This document shows, in pieces, positions 1 through 10,153 of a stretch of DNA of 64,000 nt. The DNA is from Escherichia phage phiLLS. Each line of letters begins with the position of its first letter. Positions within the stretch are counted from its first letter, which is position 1. The stretch lies in sequence record NC_047822.1, one strand, 5' to 3'. The notes beneath the pieces are model-generated. The model ran no database searches. It was given only the letters and a program-made list of their open reading frames with translations, and was not told the origin of the DNA. The position numbers and the translations under genes are program-made.

Positions 1-1
1 A

Positions 2-1588
2 GCGGGAATCGGGTATCATCTTGAAAGCAGATCAATTGCTGATCCGGTGCGAAATGGGGCATTCCCGCATTCCGGAAAACTGCCATATTATCGACACATT
101 GACCGCTCAGTAAAGGCCAATACTCAGCAAACTCGTGGTGGTTCTGCTACAGTGTCTTATCCATACTTCGACCCTGAAATCATTCAATTGATGCAGGTTA
201 AGCAACAACGTGCTACAGATGAGAATAAAATCGATAAGATGGATTATTCTCTGAGCTTCAACAATCTTTTACTAAAACGTTATCTTAAAAACGAAGATAT
301 TACGCTAATGTCATACTTCTATGCTCCAGAAGTTCATGAAGCGTTTTATAGTGATGACGAGGCTAAATTTGAAGAAATCTACGTGGCAGCGGAGAAACGT
401 GTGGCATCTCTTACAAAGATCGACCACGAAGGAAAAACAGTTCCTGCAGCTCCTAAAGTCTCTGCAAAAGAAATCCTAGATACTTGGCTACGTATCCGAA
501 TGGAAACAGGACGTATGTATGCTCATCACATCGGGGAATCTAATCGTCACGGTAACTTCCTTGATCCAATCCGTATGACAAACCTTTGTGTTGAAATTAC
601 TCAGCCTACGCGCCCGTTCCATCATATCACAGAACTGTATAAGACAAAAGAGCAGCTTGATCAAATGAAGCCGGAGGATATTGGTGAAGTATCTCTGTGT
701 AACTTAGGTGGTGTTGTACTGGGGCGCATGGAATCTCTGGCTGAGTGGGAAAAAACTTGCTACATCCTCCTGAAATTCGTTGATACAATTATTGAAATTC
801 AGGATTATCCGTTCCCAACTATGGAATATACGGCTAAGAAACGTCGTAATGTTGGTATTGGCCTAATGAACGCAGCAGGTGCAATGGCAGCAGAAGGTCT
901 GGCTTATGAAGGTATTGAAGCCCGTAACTGGATTCACCGTGAGGCTGAAAAACTGTCCTACTTCCTGCATAAAGCCTCTGTACGCCTAGCTAAAGAACAG
1001 GGTGCATGTGAGTGGTTTGATCGTACTAAACCATCTAAAGGAATTCTGGTAATCGACACGTACAAGAAAACTGTTGATGAACTGGTATCCGTAGGTCTAG
1101 AAATGGATTGGGAGTCTCTGCGTGCAGATATTCTGAAATACGGTATGCGTAACTCTGTTCTGACTGCTCAGATGCCAGGAGAAAGTTCTTCTGTTCTGTT
1201 AGGTGTTACTAATTCTATTGAACCGCCTCGTAAGATTGTATCTATCAAGGGTAGTGCAGTGAATAAAGTAATTGCAATTGCTCCGGGTGCAACCGATTGG
1301 GAAACGTTAATGAGCTATAAACTGGCTTATGATGTAGATCGTATCGAGTGGATCAAATGGGTAGCAACTATGCAGAAATTCTTCAGTCAGTCTATCAGTA
1401 CGAATATGTACTATGACTACACCAAGTTTGAGAATGAAATCATTCCTGGCCCAGTAGTAGTTCGTGATTTCATGACTGCTGTTAAGTATGGGTGGAAGAC
1501 TTTCTACTACGCAAACTTCAACACCGCAAATGGTGGGGGTGCTGGAGAAGAAGCAGCCGGTTGTGCATCCGGTGGTTGTACTATTTAA
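2..1588 (+). CDS. nrdA: Ribonucleotide reductase class Ia large subunit, C-terminal part (gene starts upstream of window)
   Basis: Frame open from window start; active-site NLCxE motif (TNLCVEI); C-terminal CASGGC redox tail. Confidence 0.8.
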   Translation, partial: AGIGYHLESRSIADPVRNGAFPHSGKLPYYRHIDRSVKANTQQTRGGSATVSYPYFDPEIIQLMQVKQQRATDENKIDKMDYSLSFNNLLLKRYLKNEDITLMSYFYAPEVHEAFYSDDEAKFEEIYVAAEKRVASLTKIDHEGKTVPAAPKVSAKEILDTWLRIRMETGRMYAHHIGESNRHGNFLDPIRMTNLCVEITQPTRPFHHITELYKTKEQLDQMKPEDIGEVSLCNLGGVVLGRMESLAEWEKTCYILLKFVDTIIEIQDYPFPTMEYTAKKRRNVGIGLMNAAGAMAAEGLAYEGIEARNWIHREAEKLSYFLHKASVRLAKEQGACEWFDRTKPSKGILVIDTYKKTVDELVSVGLEMDWESLRADILKYGMRNSVLTAQMPGESSSVLLGVTNSIEPPRKIVSIKGSAVNKVIAIAPGATDWETLMSYKLAYDVDRIEWIKWVATMQKFFSQSISTNMYYDYTKFENEIIPGPVVVRDFMTAVKYGWKTFYYANFNTANGGGAGEEAAGCASGGCTI

Positions 1589-1596
1589 TAAAAACA

Positions 1597-1621
1597 AGGA
1601 GATCTTCGGGTCTCCTTTTTC
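1597..1621 (+). terminator. Rho-independent terminator after nrdA
   Basis: GC hairpin ggagatcttcgggtctcc followed by TTTTT. Confidence 0.6.
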
Positions 1622-1634
1622 TTTGAAATTTTAC

Positions 1635-1663
1635 TTGCTAATCGCTATCAGATTTGCTATAAT
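1635..1663 (+). promoter_or_regulatory. T5-type early promoter
   Basis: -35 TTGCTA, 17-bp spacer, -10 TATAAT. Confidence 0.55.
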
Positions 1664-1689
1664 ATCTTCATTAATTAGGGAGATATAAT

Positions 1690-2190
1690 TTGATTACGCA
1701 AGAAGAATTAAAACTTTTATTGGATTATGGCCCAATAAAAGGAATCTTTATATGGAAAGAACGAAATCCAGATAAAGGTGGATTTAACAAACAATTCGCA
1801 GGAAAAGTAGCAGGAACATATGATGATCTTGGCTACCTACGAATTAAGATTAACGGTGTGCAATATTTAGCGCATAGATTGGCCTTCCTTTTCGTAAAAG
1901 GATATATGCCAGAATTAGTAGACCATAAAGACCGTAATCCTAGTAATCTAGCTTGGGACAACCTTAGAGAAGCTACCAATTCTCAAAATATAATGAACTC
2001 AGCTGCTAGATCAGATAATAAACTAGGACTAAAGAACATAAGAATCAAGGGAAACTCATATCAGGTACGAATAGGCAAGAATGGCAAATCGTACACCAAG
2101 ACTATGAAATCTCTTGAAGAAGCCATAGAATGGCGGGATACTAAACTAGCTGAACTACACCAAGAATTTGCTAACAATGGAGAAGATTAA
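1690..2190 (+). CDS. HNH homing endonuclease (TTG start)
   Basis: HNH motif VDHKDRNPSNLAWDNLREAT; sits between nrdA and nrdB; AT-rich codon usage. Confidence 0.7.
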   Translation: MITQEELKLLLDYGPIKGIFIWKERNPDKGGFNKQFAGKVAGTYDDLGYLRIKINGVQYLAHRLAFLFVKGYMPELVDHKDRNPSNLAWDNLREATNSQNIMNSAARSDNKLGLKNIRIKGNSYQVRIGKNGKSYTKTMKSLEEAIEWRDTKLAELHQEFANNGED

Positions 2191-3335
2191 TGACGACTTT
2201 ACTTAACCTAGCGTGGGATCATACTAATCCTGAACTTTTCTTAGGTGACTCCCTGGGTATTGCTGACTATGTACGAGTAGCCCACCCTGAGTTAGAACGT
2301 CTAGCACTGCTACAGCGTTCCCAATTCTGGACTGAGACAGAAATTAGTCTAGAGAGCGACAAAAAACAATGGCCTAATCTCCAACGAGAAATTCAGGAAA
2401 TTACACTCCTGAACTTAGCATGGCAGACTCAAACTGATTCCTTTATCAGTCGTGCCCCTGAAGCAGCTATTATGCCGCTTGTAAGTCGTCCAGAATTGGA
2501 AGGTATGCTCAAACAGTGGAGCTATTTTGAAGACCTGCATAGTCGTGCTTATAGCAATATTATTCGTAATGTTCTGACTGATCCAGCAGAATTTATTGAT
2601 TCTGTAACCAAAAACCAAGAAGCATTCGCACGAATCGCTGATTCTGTTGAACTATTCGATGAACTGTACCAGTTAGGTCAGTATTTCATCGCAGTACGCG
2701 ATCATCGTGGCGACAATACATATCCAGAAACTGAGTTCCCTGAAGTTAAACGTGAAACTCAGGCTAAACTATTAGACGCTTACTTTGCTATCTATGGTCT
2801 GGAAGCAATGCAGTTTTACGCATCCTTTGCATGTACCTTTGCACTAGCAGAGAACGATATTCTGCAAGGTATTGCTAAAAATCTGCAATTAATCGCTAAA
2901 GATGAGGCTCTGCATACTCAGATGTCCAAAGCAATCATCCAGATTATGTTCCAGCAGTTTGACAAAGACCTGGTGGATGAAGCCGTGGCTAAAGCACCAG
3001 CACAGCTCCTGAAAACTCTGAAAACTGAAATTGAATGGGGTCATTTCATTTTCAAAGGTCGTAGTCTGATTGGCTTGAATGCAGAACTTCTAGAAGAATA
3101 TTTGTACTTTGTGGGGCGTAATGCATTTATGCACATCGGTGTAGAATGGCCTAGTCATTTACCAGTAATCACCAAAAATCCTATTCCGTGGATCATGAAC
3201 TGGTTGGATACTACTTCTCTACAGCCTGCTCCACAAGAAATCCAGATTGGTGCAGCCTACCGTGTAGGTCAGGTAACTGAGACCTCTACTGATACTCTGA
3301 AAGATCTGGGCAATGAATTTGGAGATTTCTTATGA
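2190..3335 (+). CDS. nrdB: Ribonucleotide reductase small subunit
   Basis: 381 aa directly downstream of nrdA; translation consistent with the di-iron RNR beta family. Confidence 0.7.
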   Translation: MTTLLNLAWDHTNPELFLGDSLGIADYVRVAHPELERLALLQRSQFWTETEISLESDKKQWPNLQREIQEITLLNLAWQTQTDSFISRAPEAAIMPLVSRPELEGMLKQWSYFEDLHSRAYSNIIRNVLTDPAEFIDSVTKNQEAFARIADSVELFDELYQLGQYFIAVRDHRGDNTYPETEFPEVKRETQAKLLDAYFAIYGLEAMQFYASFACTFALAENDILQGIAKNLQLIAKDEALHTQMSKAIIQIMFQQFDKDLVDEAVAKAPAQLLKTLKTEIEWGHFIFKGRSLIGLNAELLEEYLYFVGRNAFMHIGVEWPSHLPVITKNPIPWIMNWLDTTSLQPAPQEIQIGAAYRVGQVTETSTDTLKDLGNEFGDFL

Positions 3336-3865
3336 TTACAGCAATGTATGCAGTTGGGCCGAATGGGGAGTTCGGCCTCCGCGGTAAACTTCCATGGGGT
3401 TCCTTCAAAGAAGAACTAGATGCTTTCTATTCTCAACTGGACGTGTTGAATCCAGATAACATCATCATTGGTGCGGGTACTTATTTAGCTCTTCCATACG
3501 CCGTTAGAGAACGTATGATTGGAGCTTCTGACCTATTTATTCGTGCTGATCGTCCACTGCCAGATGATATTACACATGATATTTACACCCCAATTTCTAA
3601 GATTGGGGATGCTTTACCTACTTTTCTGAAAGATCAGCAGACAGTAGTTCTAGGTGGGGCTAACCTTCTTCTAGAAATGTATATTCATGGACATATTGAA
3701 AGTGCTTTTGTATCCACAATCTTTAGTGATCAAAAACTAGAGGCAGATGTACATCTGGATAATACGATTCTAGATTACAACTATGAATCTACTCGTTTAG
3801 TTTACGCAACTGGCGCAAACAGTGATAACAGCCTGCGATTTGTACAGGAATTGGTTACTTATTAA
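3332..3865 (+). CDS. frd: Dihydrofolate reductase
   Basis: N-terminal DHFR signature (GxxxxLPW: GLRGKLPWG); 177 aa; overlaps nrdB stop. Confidence 0.7.
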   Translation: MITAMYAVGPNGEFGLRGKLPWGSFKEELDAFYSQLDVLNPDNIIIGAGTYLALPYAVRERMIGASDLFIRADRPLPDDITHDIYTPISKIGDALPTFLKDQQTVVLGGANLLLEMYIHGHIESAFVSTIFSDQKLEADVHLDNTILDYNYESTRLVYATGANSDNSLRFVQELVTY

Positions 3866-4704
3866 TGCAACAATACTTAAAAATTTTGACAGATGTAATT
3901 TTACTAGGTGAACCACGTAACGATCGTACAGGGACAGGCACAGTTTCAATTTTTGATTCCTATGCTAAGTTCGATCTACGTGAAGGGTTCCCGGCTGTAA
4001 CTACTAAACGCCTGGCCTGGAAATCAGTAGTAGGAGAACTCTTATGGTTCTTGTCTGGTTCCACAAATCTCCATGATCTACGTGTATTCACCTTTGGTCG
4101 TGACGAAGGACAGTGGACCATCTGGACTCCAAATTATGAAGACCAAGCTATAAGTATGGGGTATGATAAGGGTAATCTAGGACCAGTATATGGTAAACAA
4201 TGGCGCAACTTTGGTGGACGAGATCAGATCCTAGAACTCATTGAGGGTCTCAAGAATAATCCACATGGTCGTAGACACCTAGTATCTGCATGGAACGTAG
4301 CTGAACTTGATAAAATGGCATTACCACCCTGTCACTACGGCTTCCAGTGCTATGTAAGTAACGATGGATACCTAGATCTTAAATGGACACAACGTTCTGT
4401 AGATTGTTTCCTCGGTTTACCTTTCAATATTGCTAGTTATGCTTTATTAACGCATATATTAGCAAAACTGACAGGATTAAAACCTCGTTATCTTATCTTT
4501 AGTGGCGGTGATACTCATATCTATAATGACCACATGGAACAGGTAGAAGAACAGGTAAAACGTAAACCTCGTGCTTTACCTACTCTAGTAATGCCAGAGT
4601 TTGTAGATCTTTACGATTTATTAGAAAATAATACGGCAGCTTGGTCCTTCCAGCTTGAAGGATATGATCCGCATCCGGCTCTTAAAGCTAAAATGTCCTC
4701 TTAA
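3865..4704 (+). CDS. thyA: Thymidylate synthase
   Basis: Conserved ThyA motifs (RLAWKSVVGELLWFLSG, active-site PPCHYGFQCYV); 279 aa. Confidence 0.85.
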   Translation: MQQYLKILTDVILLGEPRNDRTGTGTVSIFDSYAKFDLREGFPAVTTKRLAWKSVVGELLWFLSGSTNLHDLRVFTFGRDEGQWTIWTPNYEDQAISMGYDKGNLGPVYGKQWRNFGGRDQILELIEGLKNNPHGRRHLVSAWNVAELDKMALPPCHYGFQCYVSNDGYLDLKWTQRSVDCFLGLPFNIASYALLTHILAKLTGLKPRYLIFSGGDTHIYNDHMEQVEEQVKRKPRALPTLVMPEFVDLYDLLENNTAAWSFQLEGYDPHPALKAKMSS

Positions 4705-4710
4705 CTTAAA

Positions 4711-4734
4711 TAGCCCTTCGGGGCTATTATATTT
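4711..4734 (+). terminator. Rho-independent terminator after thyA
   Basis: Hairpin tagcccttcggggcta followed by T-rich run. Confidence 0.6.
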
Positions 4735-4744
4735 GAAATTGTAT

Positions 4745-4774
4745 TTGCTTATTAAGTACAATTTCAAATATAAT
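4745..4774 (+). promoter_or_regulatory. T5-type early promoter
   Basis: -35 TTGCTT, 18-bp spacer, -10 TATAAT. Confidence 0.5.
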
Positions 4775-4804
4775 ATACTCAATAAGTACAAAAAGGATAA
4801 TAAA

Positions 4805-5188
4805 ATGAGTAAAGAAATTGAATTAGAACAAGCCCTTCTGAGTTACTCCAATTACTTGCAGAGTGATAAAGAAACTATTACTAAGGAACAGGTATTATTA
4901 ATACTAGACTCTATCACTTCTAAATTCAGGACTTTAGAAGACTACTACTCTGTAGGCAATGGAGATGAGAAGGTAGAGTTACGTCTAAATCTTCTAGAAG
5001 ATATGGGTTGGGACGAGGAAGATCAATTAGGATATTTAGGTATATCTACAGAAATTCTAGAAAATACAGAGCATGAAAATATACTTGAAGTAAAGAGCAA
5101 AAGTGCTATTCGATATAATACTTATGGTACAGGTATTACAGGAATAAAAGCATTACTTAGTATAGACATAGGATGGTTAGATGAGTAA
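4805..5188 (+). CDS. Hypothetical protein
   Basis: ATG with upstream AGGA-type RBS downstream of terminator and promoter; the ORF-track start at 4655 overlaps thyA. Confidence 0.5.
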   Translation: MSKEIELEQALLSYSNYLQSDKETITKEQVLLILDSITSKFRTLEDYYSVGNGDEKVELRLNLLEDMGWDEEDQLGYLGISTEILENTEHENILEVKSKSAIRYNTYGTGITGIKALLSIDIGWLDE

Positions 5189-5729
5189 AAAGTTACCTAG
5201 CCAAGAAAGATTAAAAGAAATACTAATCTATGACCCAGATACTGGTATATTTACTAATAAGGTAAGTCGTGGTAGGGGAGGAAAAGCAGGTTCGCTAGCT
5301 GGATACCTAAGAAAAGACGGCTATATAACTATTAAGATAGATAAAATAGATTATTTAGCGCATAGGTTAGCCTTTCTATACATGACAGGATCAATACCTG
5401 ATTTAATAGACCACAAAAATAGAATTAGGTCAGATAATAGGTGGATAAATCTAAGAGAAGCTACAAGCCAGTCTAATAACAGAAATTGTACCGCATCGAG
5501 TAAATCTGGATATCTAGGTGTACACTGGAACAAACAACTACAGAAATGGCAAGTACAGGTGATTGATAATAATGGTAAAAATATTTACGGGGGTGTTTTT
5601 GACTACTTAGACCTAGAAAGTGCGGTCATAAAGGCTAATGAACTAAGAAAAACACTTCATGGTAACGAAGCAGTTATAGAAGATTTCTATACCAACTATT
5701 ACCCACCAATAGAGGAACTTAATAAGTGA
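5181..5729 (+). CDS. HNH homing endonuclease
   Basis: HNH motif IDHKNRIRSDNRWINLREAT; paralogous to the 1690-2190 protein. Confidence 0.7.
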   Translation: MSKKLPSQERLKEILIYDPDTGIFTNKVSRGRGGKAGSLAGYLRKDGYITIKIDKIDYLAHRLAFLYMTGSIPDLIDHKNRIRSDNRWINLREATSQSNNRNCTASSKSGYLGVHWNKQLQKWQVQVIDNNGKNIYGGVFDYLDLESAVIKANELRKTLHGNEAVIEDFYTNYYPPIEELNK

Positions 5730-6202
5730 GCGTTTTCCACATTTACACAGATGGTGCTTGTAAGTCTAACCCAGGTCCAGGTGCTTGGGGTTTTATTGTC
5801 TATGATGATAACGACGATCGTTTAGGTTCTAAATCTGGATATAGTCCTAAAACTACAAATAATGAGATGGAACTCACGGCTATTGTAGAGGCTCTACGTT
5901 GGTCAGTTAAAAAAGATAATAGACCAATTGTTATCTATACTGACTCTGCTTATTGCAAAAATGGCATGGAAAGTTGGATGTTTTCTTGGCAAAGGAAAGG
6001 CTGGAAGAAAGCAGATGGTGAAGTTCCTCTTAATCTAGAACTTTGGCAGGAAGCATTTAAATTAACACAGCAGTATATCAACTTTCATAATACTAACCCT
6101 ACCTTTATTAAGGTTAAAGGACATTCTGGTATTAGTGGTAATGAAGCTGTAGACGCCTTATGTAACACAGTTATTACTGAAGCTGAAATGGCTGAGATGT
6201 AA
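5726..6202 (+). CDS. rnhA: Ribonuclease H
   Basis: RNase HI signature YTDGACKSNPGPGAWG; 158 aa. Confidence 0.8.
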   Translation: MSVFHIYTDGACKSNPGPGAWGFIVYDDNDDRLGSKSGYSPKTTNNEMELTAIVEALRWSVKKDNRPIVIYTDSAYCKNGMESWMFSWQRKGWKKADGEVPLNLELWQEAFKLTQQYINFHNTNPTFIKVKGHSGISGNEAVDALCNTVITEAEMAEM

Positions 6203-6222
6203 TAAATAAATTAAAAATTCTC

Positions 6223-6251
6223 TTGCTTAAATCTCTCTAATTTAGTATAAT
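6223..6251 (+). promoter_or_regulatory. T5-type early promoter
   Basis: -35 TTGCTT, 17-bp spacer, -10 TATAAT. Confidence 0.55.
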
Positions 6252-6278
6252 ATTTGTATTGAAAGTGAGGAGGGCTTT

Positions 6279-6557
6279 ATGCGGATTTATAACTCAAATT
6301 CATTAGGATTTAAACCATTGAGAAAACGTGCACAATCACCTCGTCAAATAAGAAAGGCTAATATTGGTGAGCCAGAAACACGTCTTCCACCTCCTCCAGA
6401 ACAACGTTTAGTTTATCTGGATGAAGAGTTAGCTGAACGCGAAAGAAAAGCTCAAGAAGAGATTGAGCGTAAGAAAATGTGTACTGCTCCAGCGTATAAT
6501 AAAGGAGCGTATCAATATGTTTCCGATGCAGAACAAGCCAAGATGGTTGGTAGATAA
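6279..6557 (+). CDS. Hypothetical protein
   Basis: ORF with GAGGAGG RBS immediately after promoter. Confidence 0.55.
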   Translation: MRIYNSNSLGFKPLRKRAQSPRQIRKANIGEPETRLPPPPEQRLVYLDEELAERERKAQEEIERKKMCTAPAYNKGAYQYVSDAEQAKMVGR

Positions 6558-6573
6558 TTTTTAAAAAATTCAT

Positions 6574-6602
6574 TTGCTAAACGCTTCAAATTCTCGTATA
6601 AT
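6574..6602 (+). promoter_or_regulatory. T5-type early promoter
   Basis: -35 TTGCTA, 17-bp spacer, -10 TATAAT. Confidence 0.55.
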
Positions 6603-6640
6603 ATACTTCATAAATTGATAAACAAAAAGGAAAATAAATA

Positions 6641-7156
6641 ATGGCTAAGCAGAAAAACGCAAAAACTCAAGCAGCTACTACAGTTAAAACTTTCCCTCAG
6701 ACTGAGGCTAACCGCAAAGCTCGTCTGGAACGCCACCTGCGCAAGCACCCTACTGATGCTCAAGCTGCACAGGCACTGAATCGTCCGGCTCCGATTCGTC
6801 AAAAGCCGAAGGCTAAGAACGCAACTCGTTCTGTAGCCCGCCTTGTGACCTATGTACAGGGTTACGGTCACAAATCTGTTCCAGTAGCACTGAGTTTCAA
6901 TGCTGGAGCAGAATTGTTCCCTCGTAATGGCATGGCCATGAAAGATTACGAGAAAGCAGTTAACCAGAAACGCAAACCAACGGCAGATGTATTGCGTGAT
7001 ACTCGTGGACAGTTTGGTTCTGTTAAGCCAAATATCTTTGGCGTAGAGTATAGTAAAGATAATGTTCGTGCTCTGTGTTACGGTGTAGGCATTAAGTTCA
7101 CGGGTGATTCTGCTCGTAAATCTGCTAAACCAGCTCGTAAACGTAAAGCGAAGTAA
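6641..7156 (+). CDS. Hypothetical basic protein
   Basis: 171-aa Lys/Arg-rich ORF with RBS after promoter; high-expression-like codon usage. Confidence 0.55.
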   Translation: MAKQKNAKTQAATTVKTFPQTEANRKARLERHLRKHPTDAQAAQALNRPAPIRQKPKAKNATRSVARLVTYVQGYGHKSVPVALSFNAGAELFPRNGMAMKDYEKAVNQKRKPTADVLRDTRGQFGSVKPNIFGVEYSKDNVRALCYGVGIKFTGDSARKSAKPARKRKAK

Positions 7157-7219
7157 TAGATAAATAGGGGCTTCTGCCCCTAGAATCTACTAATTCTCTA
7201 ACTAATCAAGGATATTTTT

Positions 7220-7435
7220 ATGTTCTCTAAGAAACCACGTTCTGTTACTGAAATCGTTGCTTCCTTTACCATCATCACTGATGAGCTTCAAGCTCGTATT
7301 GAGGCTGATCAAAAAATTGCTGCGGATATTCAGAAACAGCAGGAAGAACTCGCTTTAAAGTTGGCTGAAACCAACAAGAGTGAAAAATCTGCCCAAACTA
7401 TTATGGAAAATATCCTTAAACTGCTGGGCAAGTGA
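7220..7435 (+). CDS. Hypothetical protein
   Basis: 71-aa ORF with RBS; predicted helical. Confidence 0.4.
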   Translation: MFSKKPRSVTEIVASFTIITDELQARIEADQKIAADIQKQQEELALKLAETNKSEKSAQTIMENILKLLGK

Positions 7436-7741
7436 TTTAAATCAGGGGGCGAAAGCCACTCTTATTTGGAGAAACTATGCGTAATTTTGTAGCAAAGAAT
7501 GATTTTAACCGTGCTAGCACCCATAAGTCAGCTAGGGATTATACATGACTTTCTAGTCATGAGGTAATGGATGCCTGTTATGAAGAGCTGGAAGGTAGCT
7601 GGAATGAATGGCCCGACTTCTCTATGGAAGAGAACTGGGATGTCAGTGAGGATATGCTTCCTGGTTTTAAAGACCCCAAGAAGTGGGAGTCTATTAAAGA
7701 GACAGCTCTTTAATAGTTTTCTACACAATAAAGGATAAGTT

Positions 7742-8443
7742 ATGAAAGTAAAACCATTTGGTATGCTAGATATTGAATCTCTAGGAACTCCAGGAGATTG
7801 TGGTACTACTCATATCGCAATGCCTTCTTTCGCTTTTGTGGCTATGCATGGGATTGACAAAGACCCTGACTTAGTATTTGTTACTTTGGATGTGCAGGAT
7901 CAGCTTAATTCTGGTGCCAAAGTTACAGCATCTACTCTAGCATTCTGGATGGATCAAGCTAAAAATAGCCCCTCTGCTATTCACATAATGGAAGCTATGA
8001 AGGAACGTAATCCAAAACTGATTGCCTTCCAAAATGGTAAACATCACTGTACTAATAAGCTCGGCTCTAACTATGCTGCCTTCTCTATGGCTCAAAATAT
8101 TATGGAGTTGGCTCTAGGCGAAAATGCTTTGTATTATGGCAATGGCCCAGAGTTTGATATGACTATCTACTCTGCAAACACGTTCCATGCTGGAACCAAT
8201 GAAGAGGTAGTTCCGTGGAAATTCTGGAATTTGGGTAATGTTCGATCTCTTCGTAATCTCTGGATGCAAGCTGGATACAGTTATAAGGCTCTAGAGACCG
8301 AAGCTATTAGCTGGGCAATAGCTAAAATGGAGAAGATGGACACCATTCGTTATGGGATCTATCCGGTTAAGCACGACCCAGCATTCGATGCACTAGTTGA
8401 GGGCTATTGTGTTGCAGCTATGATCGAAAAAATGAAAATTTGA
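7742..8443 (+). CDS. DEDDh-type 3'-5' exonuclease (DnaQ-like)
   Basis: Exo I motif LDIESLG and Exo III-like H-x4-D (HDPAFDA). Confidence 0.6.
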   Translation: MKVKPFGMLDIESLGTPGDCGTTHIAMPSFAFVAMHGIDKDPDLVFVTLDVQDQLNSGAKVTASTLAFWMDQAKNSPSAIHIMEAMKERNPKLIAFQNGKHHCTNKLGSNYAAFSMAQNIMELALGENALYYGNGPEFDMTIYSANTFHAGTNEEVVPWKFWNLGNVRSLRNLWMQAGYSYKALETEAISWAIAKMEKMDTIRYGIYPVKHDPAFDALVEGYCVAAMIEKMKI

Positions 8444-8444
8444 T

Positions 8445-8473
8445 TTGCTTCCGGCTTCAAAATTCTGTATAAT
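8445..8473 (+). promoter_or_regulatory. T5-type early promoter
   Basis: -35 TTGCTT, 17-bp spacer, -10 TATAAT. Confidence 0.55.
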
Positions 8474-8513
8474 ATATTCATAAATTTGAGAAAACAATAA
8501 AAGGAAAACAAAT

Positions 8514-8696
8514 ATGCCAGTATCTAAAAATGTTCGTAAAAATGGTAAGAAAGCTACTCGTAATCTGGGTATCCGTCGTATGGCTGAACGTCAATCAGGT
8601 GTCCAGAAAATCTTTGATCTGCTAAATCGTGCTAATCCTAAAATTGATAACAGTAACGATACTGTTCTACGCACTCTGCTGGCAATTGGTCTGTAA
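8514..8696 (+). CDS. Hypothetical small basic protein
   Basis: 60-aa ORF with RBS after promoter. Confidence 0.45.
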   Translation: MPVSKNVRKNGKKATRNLGIRRMAERQSGVQKIFDLLNRANPKIDNSNDTVLRTLLAIGL

Positions 8697-8749
8697 TAGA
8701 CCAACTTTAAACAAATTCAAATCTCAAACTTCATATAAGGAAGCAAATA

Positions 8750-9388
8750 ATGACTACTCGTATTTCTAAAACTCGCGCTCTAGCAACTATCAAATCTCTG
8801 GAAGCTAAAATCCGTAAAGCTACTGAACAGCAGCTTCTGATCGCTGTTGGTGAAGGTAAGGATAAAAACCAGGTTGTAGTTGGCGCTGCAATCGAAGTAG
8901 CTGATCTGTCTACTCGTATTAAGACTGATTTCCAGTCTCTGCTGGATATGATGTCCCAGCGTGATTGTATCAAAGCTGCTCTGATTAAAAGCAATGCGGA
9001 AACAATCGTTGAGATTGGCTCTCGTAAGATGACTGTTGCGGAAGCAATTGAAGCTAAGCGTTCTATGGAACTTAAAGCCCAATTGCTGGCTAACATGCGT
9101 AAGCAGTTCCATGCCGCTACGGTTAAGTTTAATACGCAGAAAGCACAGTTTGATGCTAAATATGAGCGTTTGCAGGATAGCATGGCTACCCGCGATAAGA
9201 AAACTTCCGAAGATGAAGTTAAAATGCAGCTCAACCTGCTGGAACTCAAGAATACTCCATTCTTGATTGATCCGCTGGAACTGGAAAAGCTGATTAAGCA
9301 GCATGACGAGGAATACCAGGACTTTGCAACAAATGTTGACTTTGTTCTGTCCGAGTCTAACGCCTCTACCTTCATTGAAGTAGAGTAA
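8750..9388 (+). CDS. Hypothetical protein
   Basis: 212-aa ORF with RBS; helical; the overlapping minus-strand ORFs are judged spurious. Confidence 0.55.
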   Translation: MTTRISKTRALATIKSLEAKIRKATEQQLLIAVGEGKDKNQVVVGAAIEVADLSTRIKTDFQSLLDMMSQRDCIKAALIKSNAETIVEIGSRKMTVAEAIEAKRSMELKAQLLANMRKQFHAATVKFNTQKAQFDAKYERLQDSMATRDKKTSEDEVKMQLNLLELKNTPFLIDPLELEKLIKQHDEEYQDFATNVDFVLSESNASTFIEVE

Positions 9389-9771
9389 TAATTTAAAAGC
9401 TAGTAAATCGGTAGACGAAAGCCCAAGCATCTTACCTCGCAGCAGCGGTTGAAATACGAGGTTAAATAAGACCGCTGACCATACTATAAAATATAATCTA
9501 TTGGAGATTATGTTTATTACACCAGCCTTTTAAGCTGACACGTAAGAACAAAGCGTCGTTGATATTACCGACACAACTTCAAAGATCAACATTTAAGTAT
9601 GAAAGCTGAAAAGTTTAAAGAACTCAAACTTCTAAACTTCTAAAGCTAAAAGATGCAAAGTATTCGTTGATGATTCAAACCCTAGATCAAAGGTACATGG
9701 CTCATAAGATATGGCCTGTGGCGCCTCTAGGCTGTTTATCGGTTTACTAGTTTCACAATTTAAAAATGTAT

Positions 9772-9800
9772 TTGCTAATTTACTAAGTTATCTGTATAAT
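9772..9800 (+). promoter_or_regulatory. T5-type early promoter
   Basis: -35 TTGCTA, 17-bp spacer, -10 TATAAT. Confidence 0.55.
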
Positions 9801-9830
9801 ATATTTTTAAATTGATGAAACGAGGCTATT

Positions 9831-10148
9831 ATGACTTTTCATATTTTGATTGATGATGTGCGTAATCTTCACGGAATGGACATTATCATTCGAACCCCAG
9901 AAGCCGCTGTCGAGTTTCTGAATAAAACTGATACCACAGGCCACTTCGTTTATATGGATAATGACTTGGCTGTAGATGGTATGGAAGGTTATCAAATTCT
10001 TCGTTTACTCTTAGAATTTGGGCAGAGACCAAAGAAAGTGGTACTAGTAACCTCGAACCCAGTAGCTAAGCAACATATGCGTAATGATTTGCTTGACTTA
10101 GGGTACAAAGAAAGCCCCAATCGTGTTGAATATGATTGGCAGGAGTAA
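9831..10148 (+). CDS. Hypothetical protein
   Basis: 105-aa ORF with RBS after promoter. Confidence 0.5.
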   Translation: MTFHILIDDVRNLHGMDIIIRTPEAAVEFLNKTDTTGHFVYMDNDLAVDGMEGYQILRLLLEFGQRPKKVVLVTSNPVAKQHMRNDLLDLGYKESPNRVEYDWQE

Positions 10149-10153
10149 AAAGA

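Noticed and set aside
8731-9430. Minus-strand ORFs 8731-9375 and 8780-9430, and + ORF 9036-9266
   Set aside because: Antisense or alternate-frame shadows of the well-supported + strand gene 8750-9388; Ser/Leu/Cys-rich translations typical of out-of-frame reading.
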